DNA from: Octopus bimaculoides
Taxonomy: Eukaryota
Assembly (NCBI RefSeq): GCF_001194135.2
Contig: NC_069001.1
Span: forward strand, 4,015,840 to 4,079,839
Length of the DNA stretch: 64,000 nucleotides
Direction: 5' to 3'
The notes under the pieces were generated by a model, which was not told the DNA's origin, did no database searches, and saw only the letters and a program-made list of their open reading frames with translations. Positions 40,312 through 49,816 of the stretch are shown in pieces (position 1 is the stretch's first letter; every line of letters begins with the position of its first letter). The translations under genes and the position numbers were made by a program.

Positions 40312-41475
40312 TCAGTTGTGATGTAATAACTGGAGATTGAAAGAAGAAAACAAGAGACATGTGAATGACATCGAGAAGTAAGAAAACAACAAAGTGTCGC
40401 CAAAGAAAGTCTATACACAACAGATGATAAATATATTGATTTATAACTGAGATGGTTAATAATGCCTGCCGGACTTCGCTTTATTGTAAATAGATCTAGG
40501 TTTTAAGAGGGTTTAGATATTAAACAAAGACAACACATTGATGAGACTTATTGGTTGTTACACTATATTAAAATGTTCGATTTCGTTTATCTTTGTGGAA
40601 ACAAAACAAATCTTTGAGTTGGAAAAGTGACTCGTAAATAATAAAGGGACAGAGAGAAAGAGAAAGGAAGAATAAAGCGTTTGTCTGTGTCTGTCTATGC
40701 GTGTNNNNNNNNNNNNNNNNNNNNNNNNNNNNNNNNNNNNNNNNNNNNNNNNNNNNNNNNNNNNNNNNNNNNNNNNNNNNNNNNNNNNNNNNNNNNNNNN
40801 NNNNNNNNNNNNNNNNNNNNNNNNNNNNNNNNNNNNNNNNNNNNNNNNNNNNNNNNNNNNNNNNNNNNNNNNNNNNNNNNNNNNNNNNNNNNNNNNNNNN
40901 NNNNNNNNNNNNNNNNNNNNNNNNNNNNNNNNNNNNNNNNNNNNNNNNNNNNNNNNNNNNNNNNNNNNNNNNNNNNNNNNNNNNNNNNNNNNNNNNNNNN
41001 NNNNNNNNNNNNNNNNNNNNNNNNNNNNNNNNNNNNNNNNNNNNNNNNNNNNNNNNNNNNNNNNNNNNNNNNNNNNNNNNNNNNNNNNNNNNNNNNNNNN
41101 NGATATATAATTGTGTTTTAAACATATAATCTTAATAATATACTTGCTTTGTTTTCACATTCTAAGAATAACTTTTAAAAGTTTATAAATCAAGTATTGT
41201 TTACATGTATATAAATAAACAATATTTGTTGCAACTTTTTTTTTTCCTTCCGATAGTTATTAGTGTGACGGGAAGGGAGACGGACTAGTTTCGTTTCGTT
41301 TGTATCAAAGTTTTTATATAGTCTAATGTTGTAATTATATAAACCGGATGTATATATCCCCGACTATATAAAGCGCGTGAGTACGTGTTTCGGTCATTTG
41401 CGGAGCAGTTTGTTGGCTGTTGCTGAGGTATGTGCTTTATAAGTCAATCAGCAAGACTGGGGGGGAAATCATAGC
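40312..41475 (+). repeat. Duplicated block, copy 2 (contains an N gap)
   Basis: Direct repeat of 28692-29822, about 11.6 kb downstream, same orientation. Confidence 0.92.
41365..41399 (+). promoter_or_regulatory. Core promoter of snoRNA host copy 2: TATA box plus Inr
   Basis: Identical to copy 1: TATATAAAG 41365, TCATTT with A at 41396, donor GAG|GTATGT at 41427/8. Confidence 0.72.
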
Positions 41476-42009
41476 AATATTAAGATATCTTAAGTTGGAA
41501 ACGATCTCACTTTAAACTACTTAATTTTAGAATTTAATAAGTTAGGCGATCTTACGTTTATTTAGGAGGAACAGTATGGATGTGAGACAATGGCGACATC
41601 GACATCTTAATTTCATTGCATACATACGCATTATTTTAATTAGTTGAATATTAGTTTCATTCAGTATGAAGTAATGTAAATCTTATCTAAAATATAAAGA
41701 TCAATTAGTAATTTTAAAGGCGACTTTTCATTTCACTGTCGCTTGATATCCAATTCATGGATTTCATTTTATTTAAAACATCGTTTTCTTATGGTAATTA
41801 GGATTCTCTTTCGAATTTTAATTTCTTAGTTAATCGATCGGTAGGATTCTTTTTAAAAGTTTAATTTCTTTATTAGTGAATCGATCGGTGAACAATCGAG
41901 GCGCCCTGCGGAAAATTGGCGGCAACCATAACCACGTGGTGTCGTCTATTGCATATCTTCAGAAAACTACTACACGTGGTGGCCTTCTGATTTAGTATTA
42001 CTGCAGCTA

Positions 42010-42131
42010 TTTCGATGATGACACGATGACGAGTCTGAGGGCAATTTGCTTTCTTCGTGGTACAGTTTTTGTACTTTTGAAGTTGAGTTAACTGCCATAT
42101 CTGCTGCTTTTAGAGGCATTTGTCTGAGAAA
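42010..42131 (+). ncRNA. SNORD15: Box C/D snoRNA, SNORD15/U15 homologue (copy 2; both guides intact)
   Basis: TTCG-ATGATGA 42015, D' guide GATGACGAGT + CTGA 42035, D guide TTAGAGGCATTTGT + CTGA 42124, GAGAA end. Matches the recalled human U15 layout (GAUGACGAGUCUGA ... UUAGAGGCAUUUGUCUGAGAA). The guides pair with LSU CCAAAUGCCUCGUCAUC. Confidence 0.9.
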
Positions 42132-42583
42132 TGGCTGCTTTCAATGCTTCATTCATACTATGCCCCGAGTAGTCTTTCTAATTAATCTCTGGAACTCGAT
42201 CTATTTTACGTCACGAATTGGCATGCTTTTTCGAGAAGCAGGCCGCACTATAAGAAAATCGGGGTAATTTTTAGTTAGGTGCGCAGTTAAGGAGTCATGC
42301 GAGCTCTATATAATATAATACTAATGGTAATTTTTCGCTAGGCGTCCTATTGTCGTAGTGAGAAATAGTAATTTTTCGTTAGGCATTCCATTTAAAGTCC
42401 CGCAGGTTCCCTCGTAATTGATTTACAGTAAATCTTTCTGCGTTTTCTCTTTTTTAGTTGGGGTTAGCAAGAATGTATCTGGTGTTCAGCTAGCAGTATT
42501 TATAGTTTTGATAATTATTAGTTTAAAACAAAATGCCTATTAGAGGTTATTTGTGTGGTTGAATTTTAATAAGGTCTACGATC

Positions 42584-42673
42584 GTGCTGTGTGCCCTGAT
42601 GAGTTCTTGGACTAGAGTCTCTGAAAAATTTCTATTTGAAGACAAACTGTCCGCTGAGCAAGTAATACAGCAC
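42584..42673 (+). ncRNA. SNORD52: Box C/D snoRNA, SNORD52/U52 (snR78-site) homologue
   Basis: GTGCTGT/ACAGCAC outer stem, TGATGA 42597, D' guide TTGGACTAGAGTCT + CTGA 42621, C'-like TTGAAGA, D CTGA 42654. The guide pairs with LSU GACUCUAGUCUG; the recalled human U52 guide is CAGACUAGAGUCU. Confidence 0.82.
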
Positions 42674-43239
42674 CTTTCGTTATCTGTCGATCATGCCATG
42701 TTTGTTCACGTGGTGTATAAATTAGTAGTAAGCTTCGCGAGTCATTCATACCGCAATCGGGTCTGTATCGCAGCTTAAATTTTTTTACTTTCTCGGTCAC
42801 TTTAGTTAAGTTAGTCGTTCTTTTTCCTGCACGACCATTATTTTTAAACAGGGTATGATTTGGTTGCTATTTTTAGCAGAAGTGGGTTTCCGTATTTTTT
42901 ACCCTCTGAAAATGTTCATGGACTGGGTGTTTAGTTTCAACGGGTTCACTTTTATTCTACTCTAGAATCGTTTTTGATTAGTTCATTTCTAAATATTTCG
43001 ATTTATTTGGTCGACTACATAGTGCAGTGTTGATAATTGGCGCTGATTTTTTTTTAAATTTAGATATACTGAAATGGTTTACGACGATTACCTTTTCGTT
43101 CATGAATAGGGTCAGATACTTCGTCTTTATGCCGGCATTNNNNNNNNNNNNNNNNNNNNNNNNNNNNNNNNNNNNNNNNNNNNNNNNNNNNNNNNNNNNN
43201 NNNNNNNNNNNNNNNNNNNNNNNNNNNNNNNNNNNNNNN

Positions 43240-43287
43240 CGACTGATTTCCTTGACGATTAGTCCTTTTGCCCCTATCTGATTTGGG
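43240..43287 (+). ncRNA. Box C/D snoRNA family A copy 3 (5' part hidden in N gap)
   Basis: CGA-CTGA 43243, TTGACGA, D guide AGTCCTTTTGCCCCTAT + CTGA 43278, TTTGGG stem half; the C box falls in the gap 43140-43239. Confidence 0.75.
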
Positions 43288-43626
43288 ACATTTCATTAGT
43301 TTCTAACATCCGTTTTTCGTGCTAGCATGGGTTGGGCAGTTTGACCAGACCTGGTAAGGACTGGCCGCATGAGGCTCCAACGTGGCGGTAGCAGTATATA
43401 TATCCACGTGCTAGGGTGGATCGAAGAGGCGCATTTTTCAATGAAATTCGATTTTTGGTACAGATGTAAGTAAAGGTATTCATTCTCGTATTAATAAATT
43501 GTAACATTGAATCGATACTTCGAAAAATAGGGTGGTTTCGTATGATGAATGACGTATGTGCATATGTGCTTGCAATAGTTTTGGTTCTTCTATGAAATGT
43601 TTTTATTGTTTAGAATAAGCAAAATT

Positions 43627-43717
43627 TCTGATATGATGATGAACACTAGGTCGGAGTACTGTGCTATCTCTAGCAGTGATGACACCTCTACTCGTTCATT
43701 TTTTTCTGAATATCAGA
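43627..43717 (+). ncRNA. Box C/D snoRNA family B copy 3
   Basis: TCTGATAT/ATATCAGA stem, ATGATGA, GGTCGGAGTA-CTGT, AGCAGTGATGAC, CTGA 43706. Confidence 0.78.
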
Positions 43718-46700
43718 GGCTTATTCGGTGCAGCATAAAGACTTGCCATGTTTTACACGGCCAGTGGGATGGAGCTTTTGAGTTCCGGAAAATGTCCATT
43801 CTGTGAGAATGCCAGTGTGTAACAAATTTTGTGCTGTTCGAGGTGGGGGGTATGAAAAGTTCATAGGCTAACAATGAGTGATGTTAGAGCTGTGAGATCT
43901 TCCATACATCAATTTCAACCTTTATTTATAACGACATACTTTCTTTCCAGGTAAACTTGACATTTGGCTCTTCAAACAAGGCTTAAGAAAATAACTGGTA
44001 CTGACTTTTGAGATAGGACGAAATTTGTTATCAAATACCTGATATTGGTGTGGTTGCTACATCAAGGGGGCACTCCAGCTTTGCTAACAGTGCAAAAGTG
44101 AGCAGCTGAATTCCAGAGGGGAGGCAAGAGTCTCAGATTACCCAAGGGCCAGATGTCCCACAACTGCCCCAACCCTGGGTTCTCATTCCTAAGTTTTTCA
44201 ATATGTATCTCCATGCAGGAATTGCTAGATGTATTTATTGCAAAGAGTTTCTTTCTCTAATGCTTTACATAGTTTAACCCTACATAAGTTAATGTGTGAG
44301 TAACTAAACAGGAATTTTGAGAGAAGTGTATGTAAAATTAGTTTAGTATACATCATGGCTATGGGGATCCATAAATAGAAAAAGAATGGTCAAGAACCAC
44401 TAGGATTGGATGCTAGACTAGAGTATTGAATTTAATTCAACAACACAAATGCTGGTCCCAGTATGTTGCTGACCACTAAACTCTTACCCTATAGTGTAAT
44501 CCTTAAGTTGAATAATCCACATTGACTGCAGCTTGTATTCTGTTGCGTAAACCTGTTAACACACTCATATTCTCTGCAGTAAAATTTAGTTGTCTTCATT
44601 AAAAGCCTGGTCCGGTTTATAGCTAATAAAAATCAAGAGACTCCATATGTCTATTTGTAAGAGCTGGTCTTTTGGAGCATGCTTGTCCATACCGTCTCAA
44701 CTTTCACCTAGGCATTGTTAGTTTAAGTATCCTAGCATCTGCTCTGCTCTCACACATCCTGAGTTTTAGAGGTTACTAAAATTAGAGCCATTTGGAATAA
44801 GGACTTCTCCCTCAGGCAGATTGTATGAAGCCTGTGTGTGTGGACAGATATACTACATGGCAGTGAAACAGATTAACTGCAGAGGACATGTGAAGGCTTG
44901 AAATGAAGCCAGCATGTTGTGGATGTGCTGGTATGGCACTGATTTGTATGAATGAAAACAGCTACATAATGAAGTGGTGAGAAATAGTATTACATTTGAC
45001 AGTAATCTAGATGTTTACGGATTAGCAAAGTATAGAACCAACAGGGAGACTAGTTGCTTGACTTGCTAAAAATAGCTACATCAACCCCTTTCAAAATAGA
45101 TTTGAGTTTTTTTTATTGCATAGGAAAAATGAGATGTGATGGACCATTGTTGGCATCATGTTGACCATAAGGTTCCTAAACTTTTTCAAGCTGCAACCCC
45201 TTTGACACCCCAACTAACCATAACAAACACACCTCTCTCAAGCAAATTCAAAGCAATTGTATTTCACAAATAAAACTTAACCTAATAAACCCATTATTTT
45301 GTTGTTTTTACATGAATCACGACCCCATTATCACCCCACTTTTCTTCAATGCCTCCAGGGGGTGCAAAACCACTGATGTAGGGTAATGGAGCCCAAGATG
45401 TCATCAGGCTATTCAATCAGAAGTGACCTAGGGTTAAAGAACAATGTTTAAATCTTTACTCTGCTTGTGTTCTCAGAATTGGAGTTATTTTAAATACTGA
45501 ACAGGAGGCTGATTTCCAGAGGGTATTCCAGACGCATCATTTAACATCCACATTTTTGCAGGGGTGGTCTCCAGGCTTAGGTCAACCCAGGGATAGAGTT
45601 GAAATCACTGGGTCATAATATACTGAACTCGAAACCATGTGGTTGGGAAGAAACCTAATAACACAGCCACACTCGTACCTATATTAACGATGAAGACAGT
45701 AATTTCTACCACACTAAGCAAGTGTGCTAGTTTGACCATATACCTGGCTAACAAATGAACATAGCTATGGTGTAGAGGAAAATAAGCCATCCACTGGTGT
45801 TATGGGCTCAAAGGGTTAATTTGAATTACAGCATAGCTAATCCAGACGATTAGAATCTGATTTGTGAGGGTAAGAAATGAATCACTAATGCATTCTTTGT
45901 ACAGAAATTACAAGAACAAATCACTATATTCGGAGAAGACATTTCATGAAGCTCTGCTGTGTAATCTGAATTTGGTGGGTTTTAGATGAAAGATTTACAG
46001 AAATGCAGCACTTGTACATGAAATGAAGGAATAAATTTACAATTTAGCATGCACTAACACAGACCAGGTCATTAATTTCACAGCATAGACTCACATACTG
46101 CCTGCTACTGTATCTGTAAAGGATCGAGTTTAAGTAATCAATAAAACAATAATTTGGGTTTAAAAAGTGTTTAATATAAAATGAATACAAAACACTGATT
46201 TTAAAAACTGACAAAGTAAAAAGGAACAAACAAGTGAAATAAATGAGCAAAAATACAGAAATGTCCAACTAGGTTTTCTTATTTCAAATGGTGTAAAAAT
46301 TCAAATCTTATATTGGTAAATTGAATACAGAAGAATGCATGTGTGTATATGTATTTGGTTACATATAAATTTTACAAAATGGGAGGAAACATTAAAAAAT
46401 GGAATTCCATTTAAAGTAAAGAGAATTTTGTGTTAGTATATAAAAAAAAATTGGGTATTAACATTGAATAGAACACTTTACAAATCAGCAATAATATAGA
46501 GCAAGCCCTACACAGAAAGTCTTTGTATTAAATATATTGAAATGACCAAATATTTAATTAAAAACAAGTCAGGTTTTGGGGGGTTTTTTTGTTTTTTTTT
46601 CTAAACTGAACAAGAGTTAAAACATTTAAAGAACTTTGGGAAAATATATTAAGAACTGATGTTAATTTTTCAGTTGGAGGTATAAGGTAACAAAAACAAA

Positions 46701-47926
46701 ATATTAATAGCTAAGGAGGTGGTATGGTTCTTGAAGAAGAACATCAAAATTGAAGTTTCAATTGTTCCCTGGTTCCAAATATAAAATCCAGAGCATCTAT
46801 TAGAAGTCATTAGAAAAGCAAGGACTTGTTCGGATACATACATACATACATACGGAACAAGCAGAAAAAAATTGGATTATGAACAACCCCTGGAGTTTAA
46901 CATTTTGACCAAGCACAAGAGAGAAACTAAATTGCATTTTATATTTAAGAATTCTACTGGTACTTAGTTTGACTTCAACAGGAATAAATAGCAAAGTTAC
47001 CATCCACTTCTCAGAATTTAACTTGTGGCTCTATCATTCTTAATGACAATGAAAAATGTTCCAATTATAATTCACACTCAATGAAACAAACATTAAAAAT
47101 ATTTTAACTCTTAGAGTAAAAAATACCTTTACAAGAAGTTGGGGGGAGAGGGACTATCAATAAGATAATGTAAAAATTTTACAAAAATGTCAGGTTAGTC
47201 TAATAAACAGCAACAAACTTTTTTTTATATTTTTTTCTTTTAAGTGTTTGGTTTGAGAAATGCAACGAATATTTCTGGGAGCACTGAAATAACTCAGAAT
47301 GTAACAAAAAGCGCAAACAAATGAAATATAGTAGTACTTAGGTTTTTAGAGGCTACCTGCCTTATCTAAATATAATGTCAGGAGTAACATATATTTCATA
47401 CATTAAAATCAAAATCTCAAAGAAATTTATATATATAAATATATATATATAGTAAGAAAAAATTTCGTTAAAAAATTAAAAGGTACTTTCATATAAAGAC
47501 AGCCAGTTTCGCTGTTTCTTTTTATTTATTTACTAAAGGGTTAGTAAATAGACTATTCCACTTGTGGAGTTAGTCGGCGGACTTCTGGAATAAACTACCA
47601 CTACCTTATGGGGGAAATTACCAGTAGAAATTTAGTGGAAAAGGACACAGAATTGGAGAGTGAAAATGTTAAAATTGGGCAAAAAATTCTTTCACAGAAA
47701 GAATCACCCAATTCCTTAACCTTTTCCTTCAGCATAAGGTCGTGATAGCTAATTCCTAAAGTCTGCCAACTAGCATCTCACGAGTGTAATAGTTTATCAA
47801 CTAATCCTTTAGTAAATAAATTGGCCATCGATAACAGGAAAGTACCGATAAAAATGTTCTAGTCCCTCTCCTCACGAAAATATTTTGAACCTACCACTTT
47901 AAATGGTAAGCAACAGACCGAGTCTG

Positions 47927-49816
47927 CTATTGAGATGGCAACGTGTTGCCTGAATATTGAACATTTTGCATATAAGCAATACATGGAATAAATGGAGTTT
48001 GAGAAGACTGACCAGTGGCTGTGGCGAAGTTCTGTGGGTACATAGTATATAGCTGGTGGGTGTAGGTGTGTTGTGCCGGATAATATACAGGTGTACTGTG
48101 CACGGGAGCGGTCATAGACGAATTATAGCGAAAAGAGGATACTGACTGGGGTACAGAAGTAGAAGTTACGTTAGTGTTTTGTAACATACTAACAGCTTTG
48201 TGGTACTCAAAACCGAGGTTGTAGAAGTATCTTAAAGTAGCCAAATCCGAGAAAGGTAAGTCTCTTCCGCACGGGTCTTGAGAAACTCCAAAGTTGAAAT
48301 TTACCAAATTGTTCGCTCGCTCCAAATAAGGAATCCAAATGTGAGGATTTATAGAAATTCGTGAAGTCATATTTACGGGTGCTGATAGAGAAGTCGGGTT
48401 ATTGTTTACATTGGTAAGAGGTGGTTGATCACCAGTTACAAACATGCTACCGCTCGAAGAGTCATCAGCGCTTACCAATGTCGGCGGTAGAGACGAAGTC
48501 GCCAACATTTCGGTATTTGATTGGTCATATTCTAGCTGCTTACAGTAATGGCATTCACAAATAGCATTTTCATTGAAGTTATTTAAAGATTTATCGCTAT
48601 TTACTTTCTCTGCAACATAGTCGTCGTTTTCTGGGTTTGAACTCTTAGCATATTTATGAAGACTGCGGGAAAATTTAGCAGCTCTACTAGCCGTATTCAG
48701 TTTCTTTTGGGTGTAGATTTTAGCATGGCGACTTCCGACAGATTTTTTGACTTTAGTGGAAGTAGTCAAATTACTAGAGACTAATTGACTCGTACCATTC
48801 ATATGTACAACCATGGTTACTGCTTTTCGGCACTTTCTACCGGTTTTCAATAGGTACCGTTCATTTGAAGGTACGTGTCTTAAACAGTCGTAAGCAACTT
48901 GGCATTTCTTACCAAGTTCTTCTACATATACCTCAACATGGCCCTCCGTATCAGTTATTTCTTGAACATGAGCATTATATGTTCGGTCCGTTCCGTCTAT
49001 TAAAACTTGGCATTTATCTCCCGGCTGAAATTCGGAAAGCCTTTTCGCCAATAACTCAGCTCTTTTAGCTTCTTGCCAGTTATCGAATTCAACATTCCGA
49101 AAAATATCTGGATCCAGTGCTTTGGCAACTCTGTAAGGTAATGGAGGACTGGGTTTTTTATTCTCACATTCTTTTCTTGAACCAACACAGTCGAATTCCA
49201 TATCGTTTTTCTTGTCGCAAGCCAAATTTTTGTTACTTCTAACACGCTTGCATTTATTTTGTTTCCGTAGCATATTCACAGCCTCTTCAATTTCGGTGGG
49301 CATTTCAAATACGTTGCGGTACAAAATATCATAAATCACAGACTGACAGAGAGCTGCTTCAGGTGGGAATGACTTTGAGTAGACACTATCATAGTGAACA
49401 CCATCAAAAAATAATAAAATTTGCTTGGTATAATCAGTTTTAGAGATGGAATATATACTATCCATACCAGTATAGATGAAGAAATTTAGTTTGTATACGT
49501 CGGACAAGAGTTTAATTTCTGTATAACTTCCACAAACCTCGCTCTCTTCGAAACTAAAACTTAAATCAACGCAGGTATCTTTGTTGCAGCCACTTGAAAA
49601 CGAACTACTCGAAGCCAATTTTTCTTCGACAGCCTTCTGTAGGTGGTCATGGAATGCCTGTGTATTGAACAACTGCTCTGAGACAGCTCTGTAGAAACAG
49701 GAACCATCTTTGGGGATAGGTTTTCGCCATAATCCTAAGCTATCCAAATATAAATCCACTTCGGTTCTCGGCTTGTTATTAATACTTATAACATTAGACA
49801 AGTTGTTGTCCCCCAT
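47927..49816 (-). CDS. Intronless OTU-domain + Tudor-domain protein, OTUD4/ALG13/Drosophila Otu family (629 aa)
   Basis: Uninterrupted 629-codon ORF. N-terminal OTU motif LGLWRKPIPKDGSCFYRAVSEQL (Asp and Cys) and GVHYDSVY (His). LPYRVAKALDPDIFRNVEFDNW linker. Tudor-like FQPGDKCQV...YNAHVQEI...VEVYVEELG. C-terminal GRDLPFSDLATLRYFYNLG motif typical of OTUD4/Otu, then an S/T/P/Q/Y-rich tail. Confidence 0.92.
   Translation of the reverse strand: MGDNNLSNVISINNKPRTEVDLYLDSLGLWRKPIPKDGSCFYRAVSEQLFNTQAFHDHLQKAVEEKLASSSSFSSGCNKDTCVDLSFSFEESEVCGSYTEIKLLSDVYKLNFFIYTGMDSIYSISKTDYTKQILLFFDGVHYDSVYSKSFPPEAALCQSVIYDILYRNVFEMPTEIEEAVNMLRKQNKCKRVRSNKNLACDKKNDMEFDCVGSRKECENKKPSPPLPYRVAKALDPDIFRNVEFDNWQEAKRAELLAKRLSEFQPGDKCQVLIDGTDRTYNAHVQEITDTEGHVEVYVEELGKKCQVAYDCLRHVPSNERYLLKTGRKCRKAVTMVVHMNGTSQLVSSNLTTSTKVKKSVGSRHAKIYTQKKLNTASRAAKFSRSLHKYAKSSNPENDDYVAEKVNSDKSLNNFNENAICECHYCKQLEYDQSNTEMLATSSLPPTLVSADDSSSGSMFVTGDQPPLTNVNNNPTSLSAPVNMTSRISINPHIWIPYLERANNLVNFNFGVSQDPCGRDLPFSDLATLRYFYNLGFEYHKAVSMLQNTNVTSTSVPQSVSSFRYNSSMTAPVHSTPVYYPAQHTYTHQLYTMYPQNFATATGQSSQTPFIPCIAYMQNVQYSGNTLPSQ

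Larger units (their letters stand above)
41396..43800 (+). ncRNA. Predicted non-coding multi-snoRNA host transcript, copy 2 (3' end not defined)
   Basis: Same 32-nt exon 1 (41396-41427), followed by U15-like, U52-like, family A and family B snoRNAs in the same order as copy 1; no recognisable ORF. Confidence 0.6.

Noticed and set aside
42850-42912. Possible extra C/D snoRNA (GGGTATGATT...ACCCTCTGA) in host copy 2
   Set aside because: Imperfect C box, no recognisable guide and no counterpart in copy 1; cannot be supported without a covariance search.
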